From: Treponemataceae bacterium
Lineage (GTDB): Bacteria; Spirochaetota; Spirochaetia; Treponematales; Rectinemataceae
DNA: 64,000 bases
Assembly: GCA_963678065.2 (NCBI GenBank)
Contig: CAXXVZ010000003.1
Location: 1,248,001 to 1,312,000 of the forward strand
Direction of reading: 5' to 3'
The notes below the pieces were generated by a model, which saw nothing but the letters and a program-made list of their open reading frames with translations, did not search any database and was not told the origin of the DNA. Position 1 is the first letter of the stretch. Each line of letters starts with the position of its first letter. This document shows, one piece after another, positions 29,953-40,169 of this stretch. A program made the translations under genes and the position numbers.

Positions 29953-31529
29953 CACTGCCGAGGATAGCATAATGGACTGACCGCGTCCACGCAGGCGCAG
30001 TCGCGGAAGAGGGCCTTCCCCTGAACACAGTAGAGACCGAAGAAGACAGCTGTGAACGTCATCCTGTACGTCCCTTCGGTGCACAGGCCGGCGGTCATGC
30101 CCGAGCCGATCTCGCCGGACAGACTGCCGCACTCGTAGAAGAAGCGGTAGCGCTCGCGGTCGGCAGCGATACGCAGGCGAAGGGAGCCAGTCTCCGGGAG
30201 GGGAGCGGACGCGACGATGGCCTCGAGGTCGTGTACCCGCTTTCTGAGGCAGACGACCCGGGAGCGAGAGCGCGCGGTCACGAAGATTTCGTAGTGGTAG
30301 GCGTCGTCGTAGTAGGCCGCGATGCCGGCCTCGGAGCCCTCGCTCTCGGGATGGAACTCGAGGCTGGCCCCGAATGTGCAGTCGAAAGAGGTCTGGGGCC
30401 TCCCGACGAAAGCCGGGGCCGCAGAGGGATCGGAGAGATCCGCCCTCTCGCCCCGGAGGATGAGTCCTCCCTCCGGAGCTATGTCCGCCGTTCCGGGCAG
30501 GCGGGAGCGCACGAAACTCCACTGCCGCGAGAGATCTGGCGGTCCGAAGGCATCGGACCACCCCGGCGCGGGGGAAGCGGGCGAAGGGGAATCGTGGGAA
30601 TTGGAGGAAGCCGGAAAAAGGGGAAGAGGTCCTTCCATCTCGGGATCGATGACCCCCTTCCTGCCCATGACCGGCCAGCCCTCCTCATCCCAGGTCACGG
30701 GGGCGAGAAAGGTCTCTCTTCCGAGATTGTGGAGGAGCGGACCGAGAGGCCTGACGCCGAGGCAGACGAGCCACCAGTTGCCCATCACGTCGTCCACGAT
30801 GTCGGCGTGGCCGACGCACTGGATAGGATGCAAGCCTGAATCGCGGTGGCTCAGGACAGGATTGCGCGGGCAGGCTTCGTAGGGTCCCCATGGAGTCGGG
30901 GCGCGAAAGGCGGTGACCATATGGCCGTACTCCGTGCCTCCCTCCGACATCAGTAGGTAATACATCCCGCCGATCCGGTAGAGATGGGGGCCTTCGGGCC
31001 AGCGTCCGCCCGAGCCTGCGCAGATGTGCCGCGGCCCCTTGGTTATCGCGCCCGAACCGGGGTCGATGACCGAGAGGGCCACCCCGCCGGCCCCGTCGAC
31101 CTCGCCGTTGGAACAGAGGTAGGCGGTTCCGTCTACGTCGAAAAAGAGCGAGGGGTCTATGCCGCCGATTCCGATCCCTCCTGCGCGGATCAGGATCGGA
31201 TCGGACCAGGGCCCCTCGATGCTCGGCGCCGCGATGATGAAGTTCCCTCTACGGTCGACTTCGGTGCAGGTAATATAAAACATTCCCTCCCTGTGCCTGA
31301 TCGTCGGGGCGTAGAGCCCCCGCGAGGCGCCCGTTCCCGCGAGGTCTATCTGCGAGGGACGGGTGATGCCGTGCCCGACGAGCTCCCAGTCGACCAGGTT
31401 CTTCGAGCGCCAAAGGGGGATGCCGGGGAAAAAATGGAAACTCGATGTCGCGAGGTAGAATGTGTCTCCGACCCGGCAGACGCTCGGATCGGGGTGGAAA
31501 CCGGGAAGAACAGGGTTTTGGTAGCGCAT
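29952..31529 (-). CDS. GH43 beta-xylosidase / alpha-L-arabinofuranosidase
   Basis: NPVLPGFHPDPSVCRVG, YAPTIR, GIDPSLF, EGPHLY, EGGT, GHADIV, LGRETFL; C-terminal lectin-like domain. Confidence 0.9.
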   Translation of the reverse strand: MRYQNPVLPGFHPDPSVCRVGDTFYLATSSFHFFPGIPLWRSKNLVDWELVGHGITRPSQIDLAGTGASRGLYAPTIRHREGMFYITCTEVDRRGNFIIAAPSIEGPWSDPILIRAGGIGIGGIDPSLFFDVDGTAYLCSNGEVDGAGGVALSVIDPGSGAITKGPRHICAGSGGRWPEGPHLYRIGGMYYLLMSEGGTEYGHMVTAFRAPTPWGPYEACPRNPVLSHRDSGLHPIQCVGHADIVDDVMGNWWLVCLGVRPLGPLLHNLGRETFLAPVTWDEEGWPVMGRKGVIDPEMEGPLPLFPASSNSHDSPSPASPAPGWSDAFGPPDLSRQWSFVRSRLPGTADIAPEGGLILRGERADLSDPSAAPAFVGRPQTSFDCTFGASLEFHPESEGSEAGIAAYYDDAYHYEIFVTARSRSRVVCLRKRVHDLEAIVASAPLPETGSLRLRIAADRERYRFFYECGSLSGEIGSGMTAGLCTEGTYRMTFTAVFFGLYCVQGKALFRDCACVDAVSPLCYPRQ

Positions 31530-31543
31530 GGTGTCCTCGGAGC

Positions 31544-32419
31544 CTATTCCTTGATGGCCCCCGCCAGCGTTCCCTGGATGATCCAGCGGTGACCGAGGAT
31601 GTACAGGAAGACCGTCGGAGCCGCCGAAATGATGGCGGCCGCGGCGTAGCGGGGCATCCTGTCCGTCCCGTAGGCGTTCAGGAAGGAAGCGACACGGAGC
31701 TGCATCGTGAAGTTGTTCTGATTCGAGAGGAGGATGAGGCTGAGAAGATAGTCGCTCCATGCGCCGATGAAGACGAGGAGAACCGCCAGGATCGTGGCTG
31801 GCCGGGCGAGGGGCAGCATGACGCGGAAGAAGGTGCCCGCGTGGCCCGCGCCGTCCATGCGGGCCGCCTCCGCGAGCTCGCCCGGAAGGCTCTTGAAAAA
31901 AGAACGGTAGATAAGGGTCCAGAATGGTATGCCGAAGGCCGCCATGGGAAGGAAAAGACCGTGGAGCGTATCATTCAGCCCGAGGCTCACCTCCATCTTG
32001 TAGAGAGGGACGAGGACCATCTGGGCCGGCACGAAATAGCCGATGAGTATGGCGTAGAACAGACTCTCCGTTACCTTGCTCCTGTACCGGGCAAAAGCGT
32101 AGCCCGCGAGACTGGCCGGAGGGATAGTGCAGACGATGGCGCCGAGGCAGACCACGAGGGTGTTGAAAAGACCCTGGTCTATCCTCACCGCCTTCCACGC
32201 CTCGGCGAAATTGTTCCAGCGGATCGCTTTGGGCAGAGACCAGGGATGGTAGGCGAACTCGAGCTGGGTTTTGAACACGAAGAGGAAAGGCAGGACGAGG
32301 GGAAATATCACGACGAGCGCCACTATGATAAGTATGAGCGTGGCGACGATTTCGGGGAGTCCGTGGCGTACGCGCAGGGCGCTCCGCACACGGGCGATCG
32401 CGGTTTTGGCCGGCTTCAT
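31544..32419 (-). CDS. Carbohydrate ABC transporter permease (MalG-like)
   Basis: LPGELAEAARMDGA EAA loop. Confidence 0.88.
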   Translation of the reverse strand: MKPAKTAIARVRSALRVRHGLPEIVATLILIIVALVVIFPLVLPFLFVFKTQLEFAYHPWSLPKAIRWNNFAEAWKAVRIDQGLFNTLVVCLGAIVCTIPPASLAGYAFARYRSKVTESLFYAILIGYFVPAQMVLVPLYKMEVSLGLNDTLHGLFLPMAAFGIPFWTLIYRSFFKSLPGELAEAARMDGAGHAGTFFRVMLPLARPATILAVLLVFIGAWSDYLLSLILLSNQNNFTMQLRVASFLNAYGTDRMPRYAAAAIISAAPTVFLYILGHRWIIQGTLAGAIKE

Positions 32420-33354
32420 ATGGTCCCGCTCTCCTTCTTGCCCAGAGTGAACTGCAGGATGGTGAAGACGAGCGAGAGAACGAAGATCACGACGCCGATG
32501 GCAGCCGCCTTGCCGTAGTTCCAGTTCACGAAGCCGTGGCGGTACAGCGTGATGCCGAGGGTCACCGTCGCGTTGCCGGGCCCTCCCGTTGTCATCATGT
32601 TGGGCAGATCGAAGAGTTTGAGGCTTCCGACCGTGCAGAGCACGGCGAGTATGCGGAAGGGGTAGTTGAGATCGGGGAGGACCACGCTCCAGGCGTATCG
32701 CCATCCAGACGCCCCGTCGAGCTGTGCGGCCTCCCGCACTTCGCGGGGGATCTGCTCGATTCTCGCCATGAGATAGATGATGGGAAAGCCGGTGTAGGCC
32801 CAGGTGGCGAGCGCGAAGATGGACCAGAAGGCGAGATTCGGGTTCCCGAGGAAATCTATCGATGCGAGCCACTTCCATCCCAAGGCTTTGGCGGCGCTCG
32901 CGATGATGCCGTACTTGGGCGCGAAGATGAACTTGCCGAGCATGGCCGTGATGGCCGAAGGCAGGACGTTGGACAGGTAGAAGATAGTCCTTAAGGGGCC
33001 CGTGAACGTGTTCGCGTAGTAGGTCAGACAGAAGGCTATGGCGAAGGCGAGAGGAAGCTGTATGACGATGCTCCAGAATGCCCAGGCGAAGACGTGAAGG
33101 AGTCCCGCGAGGAATTCCTCATTGGCGAAGAGTTTCGCATAGTTGTCCACGCCGATGAACACCTCGTCGGAGAGCCCCGTCGACTTCATGAGGGATAAGC
33201 GGAAGGTCTCCTCGATGGGGTAATAGAGGAATACGACAAGAAAGGCGATGGCGGGAAGCACGCAGAGGAAGACGAACACGGATCTTCCCGGATCGCGCTT
33301 TCGCCTGCGTCCTCGCCCCGCCAGGGACGCGGGTTTCCCTTGTCTCTTGTTCAC
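32416..33354 (-). CDS. Carbohydrate ABC transporter permease (MalF-like)
   Basis: IPREVREAAQLDGAS, TTGGPG. Confidence 0.88.
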   Translation of the reverse strand: MNKRQGKPASLAGRGRRRKRDPGRSVFVFLCVLPAIAFLVVFLYYPIEETFRLSLMKSTGLSDEVFIGVDNYAKLFANEEFLAGLLHVFAWAFWSIVIQLPLAFAIAFCLTYYANTFTGPLRTIFYLSNVLPSAITAMLGKFIFAPKYGIIASAAKALGWKWLASIDFLGNPNLAFWSIFALATWAYTGFPIIYLMARIEQIPREVREAAQLDGASGWRYAWSVVLPDLNYPFRILAVLCTVGSLKLFDLPNMMTTGGPGNATVTLGITLYRHGFVNWNYGKAAAIGVVIFVLSLVFTILQFTLGKKESGTI

Positions 33355-33583
33355 GTCGCGCGACCTCCGTCGGGAATACTGTAATGTGGAAGAAAGATTT
33401 GCTCAATCGACACGCTCGCGGCACGTTGCGAGGCATGATCCCGCCCGCGAATCGACACACTTTGCAGCGAGCCGCGGGGCATGGAACCCACTTCCACATC
33501 AAAATGCGATTGCGGCACAAAGCCGCCGGAGGTGGGATGCGGCGGGAGGTGGGGAAAGCCCCCTCCCGCCGACCGACTTGCGT

Positions 33584-34843
33584 TTACTTTTTGACCGGAC
33601 CCATGCTTTCTACACACAGGGCTTCGAACGACGAGAGAGATTTCTTTGCGTCGGAGTCGGGGAGGAAGAAGGTCTGAATCGTGTCGTTGAGCGGCGACGT
33701 GACGGTGGGCGGAAGGTCCTGATCCCACCAGAAGGTGACAGTCTTGGCCGTGGCGAAGACGGCTGCGGCCTGGGTGGTGAGGGCGGTCTTCGCCTTCACG
33801 CCGGGCACGGAGCAGATGCGGCCGGGTTCGGCCTGGCAAGCCTCGGCGCTCATCGCGTACTTCATGAATTTGACGACGGCGTCCTTCTTGGATGCGGAGG
33901 CCTTGGTGGCTGCGAAGCCGATATCCGTCATTCCCATGATGTCGGCGGCCGTGCCGACTCCGCCTGTCTTCAGGGCAGGGAAGGCGTAGAAGCCGATGGT
34001 CTGGTCGGTGAACTCTTTGTTGGAATACTGGGCGCACATCCATGATCCCGTGACATGCATGGCGGCTGAGCCCGTGGCCATGAGCTGCTGGGCGTCGCCG
34101 TAGCTCTCGCCTAAGGGGGTCGCGCCGAAGTAGCCCTTCTTGATCCAGGTCTGGTAAAGCTGGGCGGCCTTCTCGAAGGCATCGGAGTTGTATGCGAGTT
34201 TCCTGGCCGCTGCCTTGGCCGAAGCGTCTCCGCCGAAGCGGTTCGTCAGGTACATGTACATGGCGAGGGCCGGCCACTTGTCCTTCTCGCCGCAGGCGAA
34301 GGGCTGTATCCCCTTGGCCTTGAGCGCGTCGCAGACCTTCTCGAAGTCCTCGACGGTGGCCGGAACCTTGAGGCTGTTGGCCTTGAAGATGCCTTCGTTG
34401 ACGAATATGCCGGCGACCGCGAAGAAGGGCGCGACACCGTAGATCTTGCCCTTCCACGTCATCGCTTGTTGGGCTGCCGCGCTGCCGGGGACGGTTTTGA
34501 GCTCGGCCGTGAGATCGAGAAGTTGACCTGCGTCCGCGTAGCCGCCCATGACCGAGCCGCCCCAGGACTGGAAGATATCCGGGAGACCGGAGCCCGAGGC
34601 CATCGTGATCTTGGTTTTGTCCGCGAGTCCTGGATCGCCAAGCGCGATGTAGTCGAGCTGGATCTCCGGATACTTGGCCATGAAGCCGCTCACGAGGGCT
34701 TTTACGTAGGCGTGATCGGCCGAGTCGTCGGGGATATCCCGTCCCCAGATCGTCAGTTTGGTGGTCTTCTGCGCGAATAGCGTAGGTGTGAAAAACAGGC
34801 TGAAGACGAAAAGGGTCAATGCGAAGATACTTCGTTTCTTCAT
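33584..34843 (-). CDS. Oligosaccharide (probably xylo-oligosaccharide) ABC substrate-binding protein
   Basis: Signal peptide ending LFAQ; LPDIFQSWGG, KDKWP, WWDQ; upstream of GH43 and GH52. Confidence 0.87.
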   Translation of the reverse strand: MKKRSIFALTLFVFSLFFTPTLFAQKTTKLTIWGRDIPDDSADHAYVKALVSGFMAKYPEIQLDYIALGDPGLADKTKITMASGSGLPDIFQSWGGSVMGGYADAGQLLDLTAELKTVPGSAAAQQAMTWKGKIYGVAPFFAVAGIFVNEGIFKANSLKVPATVEDFEKVCDALKAKGIQPFACGEKDKWPALAMYMYLTNRFGGDASAKAAARKLAYNSDAFEKAAQLYQTWIKKGYFGATPLGESYGDAQQLMATGSAAMHVTGSWMCAQYSNKEFTDQTIGFYAFPALKTGGVGTAADIMGMTDIGFAATKASASKKDAVVKFMKYAMSAEACQAEPGRICSVPGVKAKTALTTQAAAVFATAKTVTFWWDQDLPPTVTSPLNDTIQTFFLPDSDAKKSLSSFEALCVESMGPVKK

Positions 34844-35028
34844 GAAAGCTCCTCCGTATGCGGGGAATAGATTCGCGGCGTTTGCCGCGTTCTCTGCTAC
34901 CTACCTTACCCCCCATCCGCATATCCCAAAATAGGGTAAACATCGCATTCAGGGATAGGATATTTCACCTATGCGGTCGCGCAGATACACAGTGTACATG
35001 CATCACCCAGCGCACTATCCTCGTGCGT

Positions 35029-35820
35029 ATGAGCACTTCGAGTTGTGTATTCGATTTTCGGGACAGCACTGTCCTCGTCACAGGGGCGTCGGGAGGCCTC
35101 GGGGCGGGCATCTGCCGCGTCTTCGCCGAGGCGGGCGCGCGGCTCGCGATTCATTACCATTCGGGCCGCGAGCGCGCAGAGGCTCTGGCGGCCACCCTCC
35201 CCCACCCCGAACGCCACATTCTCGTATGCGCCGAGGCGGGGGATGAATCCTCGGTCGCGGCATGCATGGAGCGCGTGGCCGAGGCCCTTGAAAGCGATCA
35301 TCTCGACGTTCTCATCAACAACGCGGGGATCTATCCGGTCGCCCCCCTCGAGAAAATCACGGAAGCATCGTGGCGCGAGGTTCTCGACGCCAGCCTCACG
35401 GCGGCCCACCTTTTCACGCGGTCCGCCCTTCGACTCATGGGCAGCGGCTCATCGATCGTCAATGTGGCCTCGATCGAGGCCTACAGGCCCGCGGCGGGTC
35501 ACGCCCACTATGCCGCGGCTAAGGCCGCCCTTATCCAGTACACGAAATCGACGGCCCTCGAGCTCGGCCCCAAGGGCATACGGGCCAATTCCATATCGCC
35601 GGGGCTCGTGTGGCGCGAGGGCCTCGAGGAAGCGTGGCCCGAAGGCTACCGGCGCTACGTCCAGGTCGCTCCTCTCGGGAGGACTGCTTTGCCCGAGGAA
35701 GTCGGCGCGGCCTGCCTCTTCCTCGCTTCAGGCGCCGCCTCCTTCATCACGGGCGCAGACCTCGCGGTGGATGGAGGGACGAGCGTGGTGGCTGCGCAGG
35801 ATCTTTTCAGACCTGTCTGA
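35029..35820 (+). CDS. SDR family NAD(P)-dependent oxidoreductase
   Basis: TGASGGLG, NNAG, NVAS, YAAAK, NSISPG, VDGG. Confidence 0.9.
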   Translation: MSTSSCVFDFRDSTVLVTGASGGLGAGICRVFAEAGARLAIHYHSGRERAEALAATLPHPERHILVCAEAGDESSVAACMERVAEALESDHLDVLINNAGIYPVAPLEKITEASWREVLDASLTAAHLFTRSALRLMGSGSSIVNVASIEAYRPAAGHAHYAAAKAALIQYTKSTALELGPKGIRANSISPGLVWREGLEEAWPEGYRRYVQVAPLGRTALPEEVGAACLFLASGAASFITGADLAVDGGTSVVAAQDLFRPV

Positions 35821-35865
35821 GCGCCGCCGTGGCGGGCGGGCTCAGGCAGGTCCCGCGCAAGCCTC

Positions 35866-37134
35866 TTATGCCCGCGCAAAGAGGAGGGCCGCGCGGCGGC
35901 GGGCCTCCCCGAGAACTTCCTCCTCTCCCTCGATCCGCCCCTTCCGCATGAGGACGGCGCCTGCGCAGATCGTGGTGTCCACCGACGCGCCCGATCCTGC
36001 GTACACGAGATTGGAGGCCAGGTCGTGGCAGGGCGTCATGGCGGCCCGCCTGAGGTCGATGAGGAGGATGTCGGCCGTCGCTCCTGCCTCGATCCTGCCG
36101 CCGCCTGTCTCAAAGAGCTCGTGACCCCTCGTCGAGGCAGCGTCGAGGATCTCGTTCACGGGCAGACGCCGGGAGTCCCGATAGTGCTGTTTCTGGAGCA
36201 GTCCCGCGATCTTCATGTCCGAAAAGAGATCCAGCGAGTTGTTCGAGGCCGCCCCGTCCGTGCCGAGGAGGACGCGGATGCCTCTCTTCCTCGCCGCCTC
36301 ATAGTCGAAGGCGGGCCCCGAGGCGAGCTTCATGTTGGAGACAGGGTTGTGGGCCACCGTGACTCCCCGCGCGGCGAGGATGTCGAAGTCCCTTTCGTCC
36401 AGCCACAGACAATGCGCGGCGATGGTCCTGGGCCCAAGGGCTCCGAGGGAGTCGAGGTAGGCCGCGGGCGACAGCCCCGTCCTCTTGCGGCACTCCCTGT
36501 CCTCCTCCTCGGTCTCGGCGAGGTGGAGCTGGAGGAAAAGTCCGCGCTCGCGGGAGAGTTCTCCGAGGAACCGGAGGCTCTCGCTCGCGGTCGCGTAGAC
36601 CGAGTGCGCGGCGAGGCAGAAGCGCGACAGAGACCCGCAGTCGGGCCGGGCGTCGAGGAAAGACAGGCAGGCAGCCCGCTGCTCAGCCGCCCTCCCCTCG
36701 TCGAGCCCATCGATGAGCGCGTAGGAGAGGATGAAGCGCATCCCCGAATCGCGGGCCGCGCGCGCCTGGGCCTCAGGGTAGATATACATATCGCAGCAGA
36801 CCGTCGTGCCGCTCTTCGCCATCTCGAGCGCGGCGAGGCGCATACCCCAGTAAACGTCTTCCTCCGTCATCCGGGCCTCGCGGGGCCATACGGCCTCCCG
36901 CAGCCAGGGCAAAAGTTCCATATCCTCGGCCACGCCGCGCAGAAGGGTCATGGCGGAATGGGCGTGGGCGTTCACGAGCGAAGGGATGGCCGCCATTCCC
37001 CGGGCGTCGATGACCTCGAGCCCCCCGGGCAGAGAGTCCTCTATCCGCGGCTCCAGGCGGGTTATGCGGTCGCCTTCTATGAGAATATCGGCCTCTGCGC
37101 CGCCGATGAGCGCGCTCCGTATCAGGATGCCCAT
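35866..37134 (-). CDS. mtaD: Amidohydrolase, MTA/SAH/5'-deoxyadenosine deaminase-like
   Basis: NAHAHSAMTLLRG, DMY, LHLAET..E, AAHC, HNPVSNMKLASG, GTDGAASNNSLD. Confidence 0.78.
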   Translation of the reverse strand: MGILIRSALIGGAEADILIEGDRITRLEPRIEDSLPGGLEVIDARGMAAIPSLVNAHAHSAMTLLRGVAEDMELLPWLREAVWPREARMTEEDVYWGMRLAALEMAKSGTTVCCDMYIYPEAQARAARDSGMRFILSYALIDGLDEGRAAEQRAACLSFLDARPDCGSLSRFCLAAHSVYATASESLRFLGELSRERGLFLQLHLAETEEEDRECRKRTGLSPAAYLDSLGALGPRTIAAHCLWLDERDFDILAARGVTVAHNPVSNMKLASGPAFDYEAARKRGIRVLLGTDGAASNNSLDLFSDMKIAGLLQKQHYRDSRRLPVNEILDAASTRGHELFETGGGRIEAGATADILLIDLRRAAMTPCHDLASNLVYAGSGASVDTTICAGAVLMRKGRIEGEEEVLGEARRRAALLFARA

Positions 37135-37152
37135 GATTTCCCCTTTTTCCGC

Positions 37153-37971
37153 CTACGAGGCGAGTTCGATTATCCGGCGAATGAGGGCAGAGAACTCGGG
37201 ACGGCGACGCGCCGAAATCTCGAGGACTTCCTCGCTCGTGATGGGCTGATCGAGCATTCCGGCGCCCATGTTCGTGATGCACGATATGCCGAGCGTCCTG
37301 AGTCCGCAGTGGACGGCGGCGATGGCTTCGGGCACCGTCGACATGCCGACGGCGTCCGCGCCCAGGATGCGTGCCATCCTGATTTCGGCGGGCGTTTCGA
37401 AGCTGGGGCCGAGGAACCACGCGTAAACGCCCTCCCGCAGGCCGATTCCCAGCTCATCTCCCGCTCGCCGGGCCAGGGCGCGGAGCGCGGGATCGTAAAC
37501 GCGGGACATGTCGGGGAAGCGGGGCCCGAGACTGTCGTCGTTCGGTCCGACGAGGGGATTCCTGCCCGCGAGGTTGACGTGATCGCGTATGATCATGAAA
37601 TCCCCGGGAGCGTAGTCGGAATTCACTCCTCCCGCCGCGTTCGTCAGAACGAGACACTTTACGCCGAGGAGCCGGAAGGTCCGCACGGGGAAGGTCACGC
37701 GATCGAGGGGATGCCCTTCGTAGCAGTGGAATCGTCCCTGCATCAGGAGGATTGGTTTCCCGGCGAGGCGGCCTGCCACGAGGCGGCCGGCATGTCCGGG
37801 CGCAGTCGACGCGGGAAAGCCGGGTATCGACGTGTAGGGTATGACGACGGGAGACTCGACCTCGTCGGCGAGGCCCCCGAGACCGGAGCCGAGAACGAGG
37901 GCCATGTCCGGCACCTCGCGTATTCTGGAGCGGATATAGTCGGCCGCCACCTGAATTTCTTCCTGAGACAT
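37153..37971 (-). CDS. punA: Purine-nucleoside phosphorylase (trimeric, inosine/guanosine type)
   Basis: LGSGLG, GHAG, QGRFHCYEG, TNAAGG, GPSFETPAE, VGMSTVPE, CITN. Confidence 0.9.
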   Translation of the reverse strand: MSQEEIQVAADYIRSRIREVPDMALVLGSGLGGLADEVESPVVIPYTSIPGFPASTAPGHAGRLVAGRLAGKPILLMQGRFHCYEGHPLDRVTFPVRTFRLLGVKCLVLTNAAGGVNSDYAPGDFMIIRDHVNLAGRNPLVGPNDDSLGPRFPDMSRVYDPALRALARRAGDELGIGLREGVYAWFLGPSFETPAEIRMARILGADAVGMSTVPEAIAAVHCGLRTLGISCITNMGAGMLDQPITSEEVLEISARRRPEFSALIRRIIELAS

Positions 37972-37985
37972 GTTCCCTCCGCAGT

Positions 37986-38026
37986 AAAAGCCGCCCCAAA
38001 GGCTTTTTTTTAGTCTTTGGGGCGGC
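37986..38026 (-). terminator. Hairpin or terminator between the BMP gene and PNP
   Basis: GCCGCCCCAAAG (37990-38001) and CTTTGGGGCGGC (38015-38026) form a perfect 12-bp inverted repeat, followed by TTTT on the minus strand. Confidence 0.6.
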
Positions 38027-38101
38027 GTGATTCGTGTCGCCCTGGGGCGCAGATCCGGGCGATGCCCAGCGCTGATGCCGCCGGACACCACCCGATGTGG
38101 G

Positions 38102-39133
38102 TCACTTCTTGATGCCGAGCTCGGCGAGAGTCGCGGGGACTTTCACTTTGCCGGAGGCGATGTCCGTTTTGGCCTTGGACACCGCGCTCTTCACGTCCGC
38201 CGGGACGATGCTGTCGTGCTGGTGGAAGGGAGCGATGTCGATCGCGCCTTCCGCGATGCCGAAGACGCGGTTCTGCCCGCCCTTGAGCTTCCCGTTGACG
38301 AGATCCTTGATCGCGAGATATGCCGACATGGTCGTACCTTTGAGGGCGGAGGTGAGAACGTAGGCCGGGGCCGCGGCGTTCTGATCGACGTCGGCGCCCA
38401 TCGCGAAGATCTTCCGCTCGCGGGCAGCGTCGATGACGCCCATGCCGGTGAGCCCGGCGATCTGGAGGACGATGTCCGCGCCCTGATCGATGAGGGCGAT
38501 CGTCGCTTCCTTGCCCTTGGCGGGGTCGCCGAAGGTGCCTGTCACGATGTAGCGCACATCGACGGTGGGATTGACCGATTTCGCGCCCGCGATAAAGCCG
38601 GCGAGGTAGCGCTCGACGGGGGGAATGTCCATGCCGAGCACGGCGCCGATCACGTTCTTGTCGTTGAGGAGGGGGGAATTCTTGTAGTATTTCTTCGTCA
38701 TGGAGCCCGCGACGATACCGGCAAGGTAGCCCGCCTCCTGCTCGCGCCAGCTGATACCGATGAGATTCGCGGGAATGTTGTCCCCGTAGGTGTGGTCGAT
38801 GCCGGCGTACATGGTCTGCGGATTGGCCTTGGCCGCTTCCTGGATCTGCTCCACCATGAGGAAACCTACACCGAACACCAGCTTGGCGCCGTCCTCGGCG
38901 AGGCCCGTGAGATTCGGGACATAGTCGGTCATGGCGTGGGCTTCGACGACCTTCACCTTCGCGAGGCCTTCGGCTTCGGCTTTCTTGAGACCGGCCCAGA
39001 CGCCATCGTTGAAGGAACCGTCGCCGAGGCCGTTGGCGTCGGTCGTCATAGCCACGAGTGGCTTGCCCTGGGCGCTTGCGGCTGTCGCGAAGACCGTGGC
39101 GATGATGAGCATCGCGATGAGAACTCTCTTCAT
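38102..39133 (-). CDS. BMP family nucleoside ABC transporter substrate-binding protein
   Basis: GLGDGSFND, GVGF, EQEAGYLAG, GADIV..AGLTGMG, GADVDQ, TSALK. Confidence 0.9.
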   Translation of the reverse strand: MKRVLIAMLIIATVFATAASAQGKPLVAMTTDANGLGDGSFNDGVWAGLKKAEAEGLAKVKVVEAHAMTDYVPNLTGLAEDGAKLVFGVGFLMVEQIQEAAKANPQTMYAGIDHTYGDNIPANLIGISWREQEAGYLAGIVAGSMTKKYYKNSPLLNDKNVIGAVLGMDIPPVERYLAGFIAGAKSVNPTVDVRYIVTGTFGDPAKGKEATIALIDQGADIVLQIAGLTGMGVIDAARERKIFAMGADVDQNAAAPAYVLTSALKGTTMSAYLAIKDLVNGKLKGGQNRVFGIAEGAIDIAPFHQHDSIVPADVKSAVSKAKTDIASGKVKVPATLAELGIKK

Positions 39134-39209
39134 TCTATGCCTCCTTGAACACTAAAAAATTCCCCCGTGGGGGATCTTGGCCGGTCTCCTACGAGCCGGC
39201 GCTGTCGCC

Positions 39210-40169
39210 TCATTCGCCCTCTCCCTCGACAGTGAAGTCCTTCCCTACGGCGGCTGGCGGCCTGGATTTCCGGACGAGGCCGGCCACCGCGATTATCGTC
39301 ATGACGTAGGGGAAAACCAGGAATATCTCGGAGGGAAGTTTCAGGATTCCGATGCTCTGAGCGCGCAGCTGGAGCGCGTCGACGAAACCGAAGAACAGCG
39401 AAGCGAGGAATGCGCCCACAGGGCGCCAGCCTCCGGCGATGTTGGCGGCGAGAGCTATGAAACCGCGGCCGTCCGTCATGCCTTCGGTGAAGGAATTCGA
39501 GTTTTCTATCGAGAGGAAGGCGCCGGCGATGCCACACAGAAGGCCGGAGAAGGCGAGAGCCACGTAGCGCACGCGCACGACGGAACGGCCGAGTGTTTCG
39601 AGCGCCATGGGATGCTCGCCTGAGGCCTCCATGGAGAGGCCGAGGCGGGTCCTCTTGAATATCCAATACCAGACGAAGACAGAGAGCAGCGCGATGTACA
39701 CGATGGGTGTCTGGTTGAAAAACGCGGGCCCGATGAAAGGTATGTCCGAGAGCAAGGGGATGGCGAATTTAAAATCATGGAGGGTGCGCGCGACCGCGTT
39801 CGAGGTGCCTTGCCGCCCGAAGACTACCATCATGAGGTAGCGCGTGAGGCCGAAGGCGAGAATGTTCATGATGGCGCCGGCGACAACGTGGTTTATGTGA
39901 AGGGAGATGGCGGCCCAGGCGAAGAACAGGGAGAAGAGAAGACCTGCGGCCATGCCGGCCGCGAGACCGATCCAGGGGTTGCCCGTCGCCCAGCCCGCCC
40001 AGGCGGCGAAGAAGGCGCCGACGAGCATGACACCCTCCATGGCGATATTCGTGATCCCGCTTCTCTCGCAGATCACGGCTGCGAGGGCGGCGAGGGTCAC
40101 CGGCGTCGCCAGCCGCACCGTGGCCTCGAGGAGTTGGGGCGTAAAAAGAGCGATCAAGAGTCCTGTCAT
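39210..40169 (-). CDS. Nucleoside ABC transporter permease (NupC/NupQ-like)
   Basis: ERSGITNIAMEG, GEHP, GRGFIALAA, FPYVMT. Confidence 0.88.
   Translation of the reverse strand: MTGLLIALFTPQLLEATVRLATPVTLAALAAVICERSGITNIAMEGVMLVGAFFAAWAGWATGNPWIGLAAGMAAGLLFSLFFAWAAISLHINHVVAGAIMNILAFGLTRYLMMVVFGRQGTSNAVARTLHDFKFAIPLLSDIPFIGPAFFNQTPIVYIALLSVFVWYWIFKRTRLGLSMEASGEHPMALETLGRSVVRVRYVALAFSGLLCGIAGAFLSIENSNSFTEGMTDGRGFIALAANIAGGWRPVGAFLASLFFGFVDALQLRAQSIGILKLPSEIFLVFPYVMTIIAVAGLVRKSRPPAAVGKDFTVEGEGE

Noticed and set aside
33355..33583. Possible riboswitch or sRNA between binding protein and permease
   Set aside because: Only a GC hairpin (about 33540-33571) typical of mRNA-stabilising elements after binding-protein genes; no recognisable aptamer.
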